Assembly: GCA_016718805.1 (NCBI GenBank)
Contig: JADKCP010000004.1
Span: forward strand, 12,284 to 76,283
Length of the DNA: 64,000 nucleotides
Source of the DNA: Bacteroidota bacterium
GTDB lineage: Bacteria > Bacteroidota > Bacteroidia > UBA4408
Reading direction: 5' to 3'
A program made the position numbers and the translations under genes. The notes beneath the pieces were generated by a model, which ran no database searches, was not told the DNA's origin, and saw only the letters and a list, made by a program, of their open reading frames with translations. Below, one piece after another: positions 49,902 through 60,277 of this stretch (the first letter of the stretch is position 1; every line of letters begins with the position of its first letter).

Positions 49902-50447
49902 TTATTTAATTCGTTGATCGAAAAACTCACGAACAGAATTCTTAAAACTATTGCCTCGTACTTCATAATTTTCATACAAGTCGTAACTTGGACAAGCAGG
50001 TGAAAACAATACTACGTCACCCTTTTTTGCCCAGTGATAACTGTATTCAACAGCTTCCTTCATTTCTTTTGCATCCACAATAAGCGGCACAATATTTTGG
50101 TATTGAAAAATTTTAAATAAGGTGCTGTTATCTTTACCTAGACAAATAATTGCCTTTACTTTTTCACGCATTATTTCTGCAAGTACTCCATAATCGTTTC
50201 CTTTATCAACACCACCAACAATCCAAATAATGGGCTTCTCCATTTTTTCCAAAGCAAGCCATGTACTATCTAAATCGGTGGATATACTATCGTTGATATA
50301 TTCAACATAATTAAATTCACCTACCTTTTCTAATCGGTGTTCAGTGCTATTTAACTCTGTATAATTTTCACGTTCAATTTCCTTGCGCATTTGCAAAAGT
50401 CTGCGCATGTATTCAATTGGATTGGTAGTTATCTTTTTTGATTCCAT
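49902..50447 (-). CDS. Stand-alone MurD C-terminal (ligand-binding) domain paralog
   Basis: About 55-57% identical by my manual alignment to the last ~137 aa of the adjacent MurD (EHRLE, INDS, WIVGGVDKGNDY, SPAC.S, ENYE.RG). It has no P-loop and no N-terminal domain. Confidence 0.85.
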   Translation of the reverse strand: MESKKITTNPIEYMRRLLQMRKEIERENYTELNSTEHRLEKVGEFNYVEYINDSISTDLDSTWLALEKMEKPIIWIVGGVDKGNDYGVLAEIMREKVKAIICLGKDNSTLFKIFQYQNIVPLIVDAKEMKEAVEYSYHWAKKGDVVLFSPACPSYDLYENYEVRGNSFKNSVREFFDQRIK

Positions 50448-50468
50448 TGTTAAAAATTAAGGTGGATA

Positions 50469-51821
50469 TTATAATGATTTCACATCTCTTTTAAATTGAC
50501 GACCACGGTCTTCGTAGTTTTCAAACAAATCAAAACTGCTGCAAGCCGGCGATAACAATACGGTATCGCCTTTTTTAGCAAGTTTGTAAGAACGCTTTAC
50601 AGCTTCTTCGGAAGAATGAGCGTCTACAATTATCTCAACTAAATCGGCAAAAGCATTGTGAATTTTTTCGTTTTCCTTACCAAGGCAAACAATTGCTTTC
50701 ACTTTATCTTTAACCAATTCGCGTAACATTGAATAGTCATTTCCTTTATCAACTCCTCCTACTATCCACACGGTAGGATTCGTCATACTTTCCAATGCAT
50801 ACCATGTTGAATTCACATTCGTTGCCTTACTGTCGTTAATAAATTCGATGCCATGCACCTTAGTTACAAACTCAAGTCGATGTTCGATGTTTTCAAAATC
50901 GGCAAGACTTTCGCGCACAATTTCATTGCGGATATCCAAAACTTTGGCAACAATACCTGCGGCCATTGAATTGTAAATGTTGTGCTTGCCTTGTAAGGCT
51001 AAACTGTGTATTGACATAGAGAAGGGTTTATTGTTTATATCCAGGATTAATTCTGTTTCGTTTAAATAGGCACCATTTTCAACCTTTTCGTAAATAGAAA
51101 TAGGAATTAATTGTGCAGTAATTTTTTGGGATGCAAGGTTCGATTGTGTAATTGTATCGTCTTTGCAATAAATAAATACATCTTGTTGCAATTGATTTTG
51201 TGTGATGCGAAATTTTGAATCCACATAATTTTGCAATTCATATTCGTAGCGGTCGAGATGATCGGGAGTTATGTTTAACAACACAGCTAAATTGATACGC
51301 GTTTTAAACATGCCATCTAATTGAAAACTGCTTAATTCCAAAACATAATAATCGAAGTTTGATTCTGCCACTTGTCTTGCAAAACTTTTTCCGACATTTC
51401 CCGCCAATCCAACATTTAATCCGGCCTTTGTAAGAATATGATATGTAAGCAATGTTGTTGTTGTTTTTCCGTTTGTTCCGGTGATACCGATTAATGTAGC
51501 ATGTGTGTGACGTGCAGCAAATTCAATTTCAGATATTACTGGTTTGCCTTTTTTCAGAATGGCTTGTACTAGTTCTGCTTTGTCAGGAATACCGGGACTT
51601 TTAACGACTTCATCCGCTGCTAAAATTCGTTTTGTTGTATGTTGATTTTCTTCAAACTCAATTTGATGGCTCAACAATTCCTTTTTATACTTCTCTTTAA
51701 TACTGCCTTGATCAGAAACAAAAACGTCAAAACCCATTTTTACGCCCAATACAGCAGTACCAACGCCGCTTTCTCCTGCCCCTAAAACCACTAATCGTTG
51801 TTTATTGCTTGTTGCTTTCAT
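50469..51821 (-). CDS. murD: UDP-MurNAc-L-Ala--D-Glu ligase
   Basis: LGAGESG, KSPGIP, GTNGKTTT, ELSSFQL, DHLDRY, NDSKATN, GGVDKGND and SPACSSFD. Confidence 0.97.
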   Translation of the reverse strand: MKATSNKQRLVVLGAGESGVGTAVLGVKMGFDVFVSDQGSIKEKYKKELLSHQIEFEENQHTTKRILAADEVVKSPGIPDKAELVQAILKKGKPVISEIEFAARHTHATLIGITGTNGKTTTTLLTYHILTKAGLNVGLAGNVGKSFARQVAESNFDYYVLELSSFQLDGMFKTRINLAVLLNITPDHLDRYEYELQNYVDSKFRITQNQLQQDVFIYCKDDTITQSNLASQKITAQLIPISIYEKVENGAYLNETELILDINNKPFSMSIHSLALQGKHNIYNSMAAGIVAKVLDIRNEIVRESLADFENIEHRLEFVTKVHGIEFINDSKATNVNSTWYALESMTNPTVWIVGGVDKGNDYSMLRELVKDKVKAIVCLGKENEKIHNAFADLVEIIVDAHSSEEAVKRSYKLAKKGDTVLLSPACSSFDLFENYEDRGRQFKRDVKSL

Positions 51822-51827
51822 CTCTTA

Positions 51828-53084
51828 TTAGCGAAGTTTTAGTGTAACAAAAGTGAGTATGGCAAGCATCACACCTACAATCCAAAAACGAGTAACGATT
51901 TTCGATTCATGAAATCCCAATTTTTGATAATGATGATGTAAGGGTGACATCTTAAAAATTCTTCGCCCTTCACCATATTTCTTTTTGGTGTATTTGAAGT
52001 AACTAACTTGCATCACCACTGATAAATTCTCCACCAAAAAAATTCCACATAAGATTGGAATCAGTAATTCTTTACGAATTGCCAATGCAAAAACTGCTAT
52101 AATTCCACCTAAGGTGAGACTTCCTGTATCGCCCATAAACACTTGTGCCGGATAAGAATTGTACCACATAAATCCTACACAGGCACCAATGAATGCTCCC
52201 ATAAATATTACCAACTCGCCGGTACTTGGTATATACATTATGTTGAGGTAATTGGCAAAAATCATGTTACCGGATACATAAGCGAAAATGAGCAAAGTAG
52301 CGCCAATGATGGCTGATGTACCAGTGGCTAAACCGTCAAGACCGTCGGTTAAGTTTGCACCATTGCTTACTGAGGTAATAATTAAAATTACAATTGGTAT
52401 AAAAACCAACCAGCCCCATTTTTCATAATCATCTCCAATAAATGAAATCAGTTTTGAATAATTAAACTCATTATTCTTCACAAAAGGAATGGTGGTTTTG
52501 AGCGATTTAGAAGGGGTTGTTGAGTAGTGTGGCAAATTGCTCGCATTCACATCGCGGGCAAACATATCGTTCGCCATTTCAACTTCCAGTGAGTTGTATA
52601 CCTTTTCCTTTATAACAACATTGCTATTAAAATACAACGTAATTCCAACAATTAATCCTAAACCTATTTGTCCGATTACTTTAAATTTTCCCTTTAAGCC
52701 TTCCTTATCCTTTTTAAAAACCTTTATATAATCATCCAAAAATCCAATTGTACCAAGCCAAATTGTTGTACACAGCATGAGTATGATGTATACGTTATGA
52801 AGTTTTGCAAACAAAAGCGTGGGAATTAAAATGGCGGCTATAATTATTAATCCTCCCATTGTTGGTGTTCCTTGCTTCTGATTTTGACCTTCCAGTCCTA
52901 AGTTTCGGATTGTTTCACCAACTTGTTTTTTACGGATGTATTCAATAATTCGTCTTCCAAAAATTAGAGAAATTAATAGCGAAGTGATAATTGCCATAGC
53001 TGCCCTGAAAGAGATATACTGAAAAACTCCCGAACCAGGTAAGTCAAAATGTTTGTGCAAATAATCAAATAAGTAATAAAGCAT
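51828..53084 (-). CDS. mraY: Phospho-MurNAc-pentapeptide transferase
   Basis: [27 protein letters not shown] and PLHHHY. Confidence 0.97.
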   Translation of the reverse strand: MLYYLFDYLHKHFDLPGSGVFQYISFRAAMAIITSLLISLIFGRRIIEYIRKKQVGETIRNLGLEGQNQKQGTPTMGGLIIIAAILIPTLLFAKLHNVYIILMLCTTIWLGTIGFLDDYIKVFKKDKEGLKGKFKVIGQIGLGLIVGITLYFNSNVVIKEKVYNSLEVEMANDMFARDVNASNLPHYSTTPSKSLKTTIPFVKNNEFNYSKLISFIGDDYEKWGWLVFIPIVILIITSVSNGANLTDGLDGLATGTSAIIGATLLIFAYVSGNMIFANYLNIMYIPSTGELVIFMGAFIGACVGFMWYNSYPAQVFMGDTGSLTLGGIIAVFALAIRKELLIPILCGIFLVENLSVVMQVSYFKYTKKKYGEGRRIFKMSPLHHHYQKLGFHESKIVTRFWIVGVMLAILTFVTLKLR

Positions 53085-53096
53085 TTCCCTTAATTT

Positions 53097-54557
53097 TTAG
53101 TCTAATAATTCAAATGAATTTTTCAATTCCTCCATATCGTCAAATGGATATTTTACACCTTTAATCTCTTGGTATTTCTCGTGTCCCTTTCCGGCCACCA
53201 ATATGATATCGCCAGGTTGAGCCAAGGAGCATGCTGTTTTAATAGCTTCGCGTCTGTCGAGTATTGCCAACGATTTTTTATTGTAAGGAGGAAGAATTCC
53301 CTTTTTCATTTGCTCAATAATTTCATCCGGATTTTCTGAACGTGGATTATCGCTTGTAAGAATTACCTTATCGCTTAAATCGCATGCAATTTTTGCCATC
53401 AACGGACGTTTCAAAGCATCTCTGTCGCCTCCGCATCCAACTAAGGTGATCACCTTTTCGTTGCCGGTTCGAATGTCATTAATGGTAGTTAGTACATTTT
53501 TCAATGCATCCGGCGTATGAGCGTAATCAACTATTCCCGTTATTTTATTTGCCGAACGCAAATATTGAAACCTTCCTTCAACAGCATTCAAAGTACTCAA
53601 TGCAGTTAGCACATTGGTTGAATCTTCTTTCAATAACACTCCAATGCTGTATGCAAGGAGTAAATTGTAAGCATTAAAGGTGCCAATCAACTTTGAATAA
53701 AATTCCTTTCCATCAATTGTGAGCAACAATCCCGAAAACTGATTTTCTATAATGCGGCATTTAAAATCAGCCATAGAATTTATGGCGTATGTTTTTTTAA
53801 TAGCACGCGTATTTTGCAACATCACTTCACCGTTCTTGTCATCTTTGTTTACCAAGGCAAATGCTGTGGCTGGCAGGTTATCAAAAAACCCTTTTTTTGC
53901 TTTAATGTAATTGTCAAATGTTTTATGATAATCTAAATGATCGTGTGTAATATTGGTAAATGCAGCTCCTGCAAATTCAAGTGCAGTAATTCGATGTTGC
54001 ACAACCGCATGTGAACTTACTTCCATAAAGCAATGTGTACAGCCCTTTTCAACCATCCTTTGCAATAGCTGATTAAGTTGCAATGCATCAGGAGTAGTGT
54101 GTGTCGCTGCTACTTGTTCACCATCAATATAGTTGCAAACTGTGCTCAGCATTCCGGTTTTATATCCGAGCAGCTTAAATAAATTATAGAGTAATGTAAC
54201 CGATGTTGTTTTTCCGTTGGTTCCTGTTACTCCAACGAGTTTAAGTTTTTCAGAAGGATTCTCGTAAAAGTTTGCTGCTACTGTTGCAAGCGCTTCACTT
54301 GTATTTTTAACTTTTATATAGGTTACTTTTTCATCTTTTTGCTCAGGTAGTTCCTCACACAAAATTGCAATAGCTCCTGTTTGTATTGCCTTTTGAATAA
54401 ATGTATGACCATCTGAAACTTCACCTCTAATTGCTACAAAAAATGAAAAACGCTCTACTTTGCGCGAATCGAAACAAATAGATTCAATCGCAACGTTGGT
54501 ACTCCCAACCACCTCTTCAATACGAGTTTTATAAAGTATGTCGCGTAATAATTTCAT
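53097..54557 (-). CDS. murE: UDP-MurNAc-Ala-Glu--meso-DAP ligase
   Basis: GTNGKTT, HTTPD, MEVSSH, DHLDYH, DYAHTPDA, the DAP-specificity motif DNPR and GKGHE. Confidence 0.97.
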   Translation of the reverse strand: MKLLRDILYKTRIEEVVGSTNVAIESICFDSRKVERFSFFVAIRGEVSDGHTFIQKAIQTGAIAILCEELPEQKDEKVTYIKVKNTSEALATVAANFYENPSEKLKLVGVTGTNGKTTSVTLLYNLFKLLGYKTGMLSTVCNYIDGEQVAATHTTPDALQLNQLLQRMVEKGCTHCFMEVSSHAVVQHRITALEFAGAAFTNITHDHLDYHKTFDNYIKAKKGFFDNLPATAFALVNKDDKNGEVMLQNTRAIKKTYAINSMADFKCRIIENQFSGLLLTIDGKEFYSKLIGTFNAYNLLLAYSIGVLLKEDSTNVLTALSTLNAVEGRFQYLRSANKITGIVDYAHTPDALKNVLTTINDIRTGNEKVITLVGCGGDRDALKRPLMAKIACDLSDKVILTSDNPRSENPDEIIEQMKKGILPPYNKKSLAILDRREAIKTACSLAQPGDIILVAGKGHEKYQEIKGVKYPFDDMEELKNSFELLD

Positions 54558-56666
54558 TTACGATAATTCTATAATTACTTGTGTTCCTTTATTCACTTTG
54601 GTTCCAGCTTCAGGTAATTGTTTGGTAACCGTTCCCTTGCCCGAAATTTTCACCGACACTCCTGCATTTTCTAACATATAAATTGCGTCCTTCAAACCCA
54701 TTCCGATAACATTGGGAATTCCATTTTTGCTTGTTGATCTTGCTGCCAGTGCAATACCTTTGGCATCGCTACTTGCTGTTACCCATTCAGCGTTTCCGCT
54801 TTTATCCTTTTCACCAAGTTTTAACTTATTTGCAACAAGGGTTAAATCAGCTTTATTACCAGCTTTTGCAATAGGTGTTTTAAGTGTATGGCTAGTATCG
54901 GATTGTAGTTCCTTGTGAATCTCAGTGCTTGTTGCATATACTTTATCTGCAATTTCTCGGAATACCGGACCAGCAACATCGTTTCCATAATACACTTTTT
55001 GTGTCGGCGCATTCACTACTACAATGCAGGTATATTTAGGGTTTGATGCAGGAAAGTATCCGACTAAGGATGCTTGATAACTCACTTTTCCTTGATATTT
55101 ATAACCGTATGCTTTGTTATAAATTTGAGCAGTTCCGGTTTTTGCAGCAATTTTATAATCGGCCGAACGCAGGTTAGTTGCGGTTCCTCGTTCAACTACT
55201 CCTTCGAGCATTTTTTTTGCATTGCGAATGGTTTCTTTAGAACAAATAGATGGATTCAATACCGTTGTTTGAAATGATTTAACCAGCTCGCCTCTTTTTC
55301 GAATTTCCTTTACAAAAATTGGTTTCACCATTTTGCCATCATTTGCAACAGCATTATAAAAAGTAAGTATTTGCAATGGCGTCATGCGCGATTCATAACC
55401 AGTTGACATTACTGGTAAAGTAACGGGGCTCCAAGTTTTATCCTTTGTATTTTTAATATAGGGCAAACCTTCTCCGGTGATGTCAAGATTTAATGGATTA
55501 TTTAAACCCATTTTATACAAGCGGTCAATAAATTTTTGCGGTGTTTTAGCATAGTATTTAGAAATTACTTTCGCTATTCCCACATTGGAAGATTTTTCAA
55601 AGACTTCCTGTAAAGTAATTTTTCCATAGCCACCTTCGTGCGAATCTCTAATATGATGATCATAAAAAACCACATCCCCATCTTCGGTATCAACCATCTC
55701 ATCCAAATTAGTATATCCATCTTCCATAGCTGCTATCAAGGAAACTAGTTTAAATGTTGAGCCGGGGTCGGTACTTTCGCCAATTACATAATTGTAGGTT
55801 TCGGCGTAATTCGTTGAATCAATTTTTTTAAGATTCACGATGGCTCTAATTTCTCCGGTTGAAACTTCCATTAACGCTGCACAACCATGATCAGCTTGTT
55901 GTTTACGCAATTGTGTTAACAAAGCGTGATGTGCCACATCTTGAATATTTACATCAATGGTTGTATAAATATCACTACCATCTGTTGCTTCAATATCATC
56001 TTCCTTATGCACAGGAGCCCAGTTATTACCTGAAATTTTTTGCATCAAGCGCTTGCCTGAAACACCTTTTAAATAATTATTAAATGAACCTTCAATTCCA
56101 ACAGGCTTAATTCCTTCGCGCTGATATCCAAGTGTTCGAGCAGCTAATTCGCGGAATGGCATTTCTCTGCGGTTATTTTGAATACACATTAAACCACCTT
56201 TGTATTTTCCCATTCGGAAAAGTGGAAATGTGCGCAAGGTTTTTACATCTGAATAACTAACTCCTTTTTGTAAAAAAAGATAACGTTCCTTTTGCTTGCG
56301 TGCTCGAACTAATAATCGTTTGTATTCTTTCTGGCTGCGATCCTGAAATAACTCTGATAAGCACAATGCAAGCGAATCAACATTCTTAGCAAATAATTTA
56401 TTTGTTATAGGGCCGGCGCATACGTCCATTCTAATTTCATATATCGGAACAGAAGTAGCTAGTAAGCTTCCATCGTTACTAAAAACATTCCCTCTTGAAG
56501 CTTCAATATTAAAATAAGTTGTAGTAAGCTTTTGTGCCTTTTCTTTCCACTCTTTACCTTGAACAAATTGAATTTTTACAACGCGTACAACAATGAGGAG
56601 CGCAAAAATGCTCATCAATAGATATACGAGGTAAATCCTCCACAATATGTCCTTTCTGGTTTCCAC
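54558..56666 (-). CDS. ftsI: Class B penicillin-binding protein FtsI with C-terminal PASTA domain
   Basis: SxxK in GSTFK, SxN in KSSN, KTG in AKTGTAQ, and PASTA PNVIGMGLKDA. Confidence 0.93.
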   Translation of the reverse strand: METRKDILWRIYLVYLLMSIFALLIVVRVVKIQFVQGKEWKEKAQKLTTTYFNIEASRGNVFSNDGSLLATSVPIYEIRMDVCAGPITNKLFAKNVDSLALCLSELFQDRSQKEYKRLLVRARKQKERYLFLQKGVSYSDVKTLRTFPLFRMGKYKGGLMCIQNNRREMPFRELAARTLGYQREGIKPVGIEGSFNNYLKGVSGKRLMQKISGNNWAPVHKEDDIEATDGSDIYTTIDVNIQDVAHHALLTQLRKQQADHGCAALMEVSTGEIRAIVNLKKIDSTNYAETYNYVIGESTDPGSTFKLVSLIAAMEDGYTNLDEMVDTEDGDVVFYDHHIRDSHEGGYGKITLQEVFEKSSNVGIAKVISKYYAKTPQKFIDRLYKMGLNNPLNLDITGEGLPYIKNTKDKTWSPVTLPVMSTGYESRMTPLQILTFYNAVANDGKMVKPIFVKEIRKRGELVKSFQTTVLNPSICSKETIRNAKKMLEGVVERGTATNLRSADYKIAAKTGTAQIYNKAYGYKYQGKVSYQASLVGYFPASNPKYTCIVVVNAPTQKVYYGNDVAGPVFREIADKVYATSTEIHKELQSDTSHTLKTPIAKAGNKADLTLVANKLKLGEKDKSGNAEWVTASSDAKGIALAARSTSKNGIPNVIGMGLKDAIYMLENAGVSVKISGKGTVTKQLPEAGTKVNKGTQVIIELS

Positions 56667-57137
56667 TTACTTTACTTCTGCTATGTTGTTTGAATTTTGA
56701 GCTGCATCTTCCTGCACTTTCGCATCTTTTTCGATAATTATTTTTTTAGGCGCAACAACTGATTCTTTAATTCCTAAATTCATTTCTGCAGCTGCACGTG
56801 CTACTTCCGATTGTTTACTGATAAACATTAAATCTGATTTTGATGTGATGTATTCAGATCGTAATTCCTTTATTTCATTAGTTACAGTATTCGTTTTTCG
56901 CATTATTTTTTCGGCATAATACGTATTCGATATGTACACAATAGCGACAAATACTAAGAAAAACACAAAAGGAACTTGCTTTACCACACTAGCATTGGTA
57001 AGAAAATTTCCGTTAATAAAATCTATTAGGGGACGATCCTTTTTGCCAGATTTTTTAGGGGAGCTTGCCGCTGATGAAGTAGATACTTCATCAATTATTT
57101 CGTTTTCATTACCAATTGGCTCCTTTATTTCTGCCAT
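56667..57137 (-). CDS. ftsL: FtsL-like cell division protein (Bacteroidota type)
   Basis: One TM followed by a coiled coil (EIKELRSEYI..KS.LM..S.QS.V), located between rsmH and ftsI. Confidence 0.8.
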   Translation of the reverse strand: MAEIKEPIGNENEIIDEVSTSSAASSPKKSGKKDRPLIDFINGNFLTNASVVKQVPFVFFLVFVAIVYISNTYYAEKIMRKTNTVTNEIKELRSEYITSKSDLMFISKQSEVARAAAEMNLGIKESVVAPKKIIIEKDAKVQEDAAQNSNNIAEVK

Positions 57138-57147
57138 TAAATTTGAA

Positions 57148-58044
57148 TTATAATTTTTCTGCTATTCTTAATTTTGCACTTCTTGATCTTGTATTTTGTT
57201 CCATTTCTGCGGCTCCCGGAATAATTGGTTTTTTCGTAATCAGTTCAAACGGAACTAAACTATTTCCAAAAAAATCTTTCTCCACTTCTCCTTCAAACTT
57301 TCCTTTCCTCATAAAATGCTTTACCAATCTGTCTTCCAAAGAGTGATAAGAAATCACTACCAATCGTCCACCTTTATCGAGCACTTCTAAACTTTGTACC
57401 AACAACTCCTTTAAAACTTGCATTTCATTATTTACTTCAATCCGCAAAGCCTGAAAAACCTGCGCTAAATATTGATTCTCTTTACCTCTTGTTACCAAAG
57501 GAGCAATTATATTTTTCAACTCACTTACCTTGTTAATAGGTTTCAACTTTCGCTCATGTACAATTCGGTAAGCAAGTTTTGAGGCATTCGGAATTTCACC
57601 ATACACTTTAAAAATTTCCTTCAATTGCTCTTCCGAAAATTCATTCAATACCATCTTTGCTGACTTTTGCGAATTGGTATCCATACGCATATCAAGCTCA
57701 GCTTCAAAGCGGGTTGAAAAACCTCGCTCGGCAGTATCAAACTGATGACTTGAAACTCCTAAGTCGGCCAAAATTCCGTTTACCGGTAAAGCATTGTGCA
57801 GGCGCAAATAATTTTTGAGGTACTTAAAATTTTGTCTCACAAAAATTAATTTGCTTGTATCAGCTTTATTTTTCTCAGCTGCTTCATCCTGATCAAAAGC
57901 TATTAATCGCCCACCTTTAAGTTGGGCAAGTATTGCTTTTGAATGCCCTCCACCGCCATAGGTAACATCCACATAAGTACCATTGGGGTCGATTTTCAAA
58001 CCTTCAATACATTCATTTAAAAGAACGGGTTGGTGGTACATCAT
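57148..58044 (-). CDS. rsmH: 16S rRNA m4C1402 methyltransferase
   Basis: YHQPVLL, DVTYGGGGHS, DLGVSSHQFD, FQALRIEVN, SYHSLEDR and RSRSAKLR. Confidence 0.97.
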   Translation of the reverse strand: MMYHQPVLLNECIEGLKIDPNGTYVDVTYGGGGHSKAILAQLKGGRLIAFDQDEAAEKNKADTSKLIFVRQNFKYLKNYLRLHNALPVNGILADLGVSSHQFDTAERGFSTRFEAELDMRMDTNSQKSAKMVLNEFSEEQLKEIFKVYGEIPNASKLAYRIVHERKLKPINKVSELKNIIAPLVTRGKENQYLAQVFQALRIEVNNEMQVLKELLVQSLEVLDKGGRLVVISYHSLEDRLVKHFMRKGKFEGEVEKDFFGNSLVPFELITKKPIIPGAAEMEQNTRSRSAKLRIAEKL

Positions 58045-58512
58045 TTAATTTTCTTGCTGAGAATTACCACCCATTACTTTCTCTGCAAGCTGTGCAAATG
58101 CATCAGGATCGTAGCCTTTCATAACATCCTTATAGGCTTTGTCTGACCATATTTCAATTTTATTTAAGCTCGATGTGAGCACTATATCTTTTTTAATTTT
58201 TGCAAACTCAGCCAAATGTTTTGGTAGCAAAAAACGATTTGTTGCATCCAATTCAACCGTGCTAGCCCCATTCGTATACTGACGAATAAAATCGTCGTTC
58301 TCTTTGCGAAATCGGTTGAGCTTACTCAAATCGCGCACTATTTCTTCCCAAGCATCCATCGGATACAGCACCAAACATTTTTGAAAAACACTTCGGTTTA
58401 TCACAAATTTTTCCCGCAACTCAGTCGGAAATTGTTTATACAACCCGGCCGGCATCATCACTCTTCCCTTCACATCCATCGTACACTGAAATTCGCCTAT
58501 GTAGTTCGTCAT
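58045..58512 (-). CDS. mraZ: dcw cluster transcriptional repressor MraZ
   Basis: D.KGRV..P and D...RF.LP AbrB-like repeats, plus EIW. The start is MTNYIGEF, because the longer ORF-track start runs through the operator repeats. Confidence 0.95.
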   Translation of the reverse strand: MTNYIGEFQCTMDVKGRVMMPAGLYKQFPTELREKFVINRSVFQKCLVLYPMDAWEEIVRDLSKLNRFRKENDDFIRQYTNGASTVELDATNRFLLPKHLAEFAKIKKDIVLTSSLNKIEIWSDKAYKDVMKGYDPDAFAQLAEKVMGGNSQQEN

Positions 58513-58550
58513 TACTGGTGTTTCGCTTCGAGCGGTAAATTTAAAACAAT

Positions 58551-58583
58551 TTTTACCACATTTTGACACTTTTTACCACTTTT
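58551..58583 (-). promoter_or_regulatory. MraZ-binding direct repeats
   Basis: The minus strand reads aGTGGtaaaa aGTGTcaaaa tGTGGtaaaa, a 10-bp period typical of MraZ boxes, 38 nt upstream of mraZ. Confidence 0.85.
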
Positions 58584-58790
58584 GTTCAAAACTTTTTGGT
58601 TATTAACTGTTTGAGGTTCATTCTTATCTCATTAAATAACGCTGTAATCCTTTGTAAAAAAGGGTTTTATGATTCTGGGTAAAAAGTGGGAAGGATTTTG
58701 GAGAAATTATCTTTCTATGCATTTCGCAAACAAGCGTGTTGAATTGCGAGGATTATTAATTCGATAAGCAGCTAATCAACATCAGGGCAT

Positions 58791-58823
58791 AAAAAAACCC
58801 TGCATAGTTTTGTGCAGGGCTTT
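58791..58823 (-). terminator. Intrinsic terminator of the two T9SS genes upstream of mraZ
   Basis: The minus strand reads AAAGCCCTGCACA-AAAC-TATGCAGGG-TTTTTTT. Confidence 0.8.
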
Positions 58824-58846
58824 ACTAAAACAAGTTAATTTAGAGT

Positions 58847-60274
58847 CTATCTTGCAACTATTAGTTTTTTGGTAACTTCTATTCTTCCATAGTTGCTTAC
58901 TATGCTGCATAAATAAGTTCCGGTGATAAATTGTGAAGTGTTAATTACCTCCCTCGAATCTTGACCAGCTACTTGCTTTTTGTAAATAATTTGACCTTGT
59001 TCGTTAGAGATTACTAAGAAGTTAGTTGCATTGCCAATGTAATGTATACCTGTGTAACTGCTCGAAGGATTAGGATAAATATGTAAATAATTTTCCTCCT
59101 TTTTATGTTGACTAATTGCAGTTGAAACATTTCCTAATGTGTCTGTTTTTAGATAGTAAACGCCTAATTGAGTTCCATTATTTCGAATCTGTCTTCCTGC
59201 TGCAAAAAATGTTTCATCAGGTAAAGTAAAAAAGTGTTCAATTCGTGTATCAACTGAATCACCATAATACTTGGTCCAAACAGAATCGAATTGAGCATTG
59301 TACTTTGTTGCAAATGCTAAAGGATATTGGTTCCCAGGCAGGGTAACATAGCCCCCAAAATAAAATCCACCTGAAACTGTTGATGTGATTCTAGGAACAT
59401 ACACATTGGAAGAAGGGGGTATATTAATGGAAGTGCGCTTCTCAATTAATAGGTTTCCCAATGAATCGTTTAGTGAAACGCCAAGCCCAAACTGCATAGT
59501 ATTCCCATAAGCGCCTTGTGATAGTATTTTTTTATCGGGCAACAAAAATGAATTTCCAAAGTTTGAATGAACCGAATCCAACTGCAATTTCACAGATGAA
59601 ATAGTATCCAGACTGTCATTGATTATTAGCGCTCTGCATTGATTGTAAATTGGAATTGGAAAGGATTGGTAGGTTAACAATAGAAAGTTCGAATCGTATT
59701 TAAATAAATTTCCGGAATAGGGATAAGATGTTCCAAAATTTGATGACTTAATAATTGAACCCAAACTATCACAAATAATAACTATGTTGCCCGGATAAGC
59801 TGATGAAATCATCAAATGCTTATTTGCTAAAAATTGTATACCGGTGATGTTTATGGCCCCACCGCTGTATATTGATGTAGGAACAATAAATTGAGAAAGT
59901 ACATTCCCGCTGCTGCTATCCACTCGCATCACCCAAGTATCTAGTTCACCATTAGCATTATAAACTGTTCCTACACCAACATAATCTCCTTCTGGTGACA
60001 GCGCAATTTTTCCAAAAATAGCTCTATCCGGAAAATTAACTCGTGCTACCCAAATTGTATCACCAATACTGTTAATTCTAACAATACATTCAGTTGAAGG
60101 TGAACCATTATTGTATCCACCTTCTAAACCAATAAGATATCCACCATTATTGTCACTCACACATCTAATCCCATATTCATTAATAGTTGGATACCAATTT
60201 TCGAAAGAAATCTGAGCGGACGAATAATTTGTATAGATTACGACACAAAAAATTACTATTATAATTTTTTTCAT
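58847..60274 (-). CDS. T9SS cargo with a probable beta-propeller
   Basis: Signal ending SA|Q, repeats NSIGDTIW / DSLGSII / NDSLGNLL / DSVWTKYYG and CTD IYPNPS...GTYLCSI...KKLIV. Confidence 0.8.
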   Translation of the reverse strand: MKKIIIVIFCVVIYTNYSSAQISFENWYPTINEYGIRCVSDNNGGYLIGLEGGYNNGSPSTECIVRINSIGDTIWVARVNFPDRAIFGKIALSPEGDYVGVGTVYNANGELDTWVMRVDSSSGNVLSQFIVPTSIYSGGAINITGIQFLANKHLMISSAYPGNIVIICDSLGSIIKSSNFGTSYPYSGNLFKYDSNFLLLTYQSFPIPIYNQCRALIINDSLDTISSVKLQLDSVHSNFGNSFLLPDKKILSQGAYGNTMQFGLGVSLNDSLGNLLIEKRTSINIPPSSNVYVPRITSTVSGGFYFGGYVTLPGNQYPLAFATKYNAQFDSVWTKYYGDSVDTRIEHFFTLPDETFFAAGRQIRNNGTQLGVYYLKTDTLGNVSTAISQHKKEENYLHIYPNPSSSYTGIHYIGNATNFLVISNEQGQIIYKKQVAGQDSREVINTSQFITGTYLCSIVSNYGRIEVTKKLIVAR

Positions 60275-60277
60275 TTT

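Noticed and set aside
52430-52640. Long loop insertion in MraY
   Set aside because: As I recall it is a common Bacteroidota feature. Nothing marks it as an intein or other element.
42106-58512. Absence of murF, ddl and murB from the dcw cluster
   Set aside because: This is the usual Bacteroidota arrangement.
58513-58569. N-terminal extension MSKCGKNCF... of MraZ in the ORF track
   Set aside because: It is a translation of the operator repeats. Family homology starts at MTNYIGEF.
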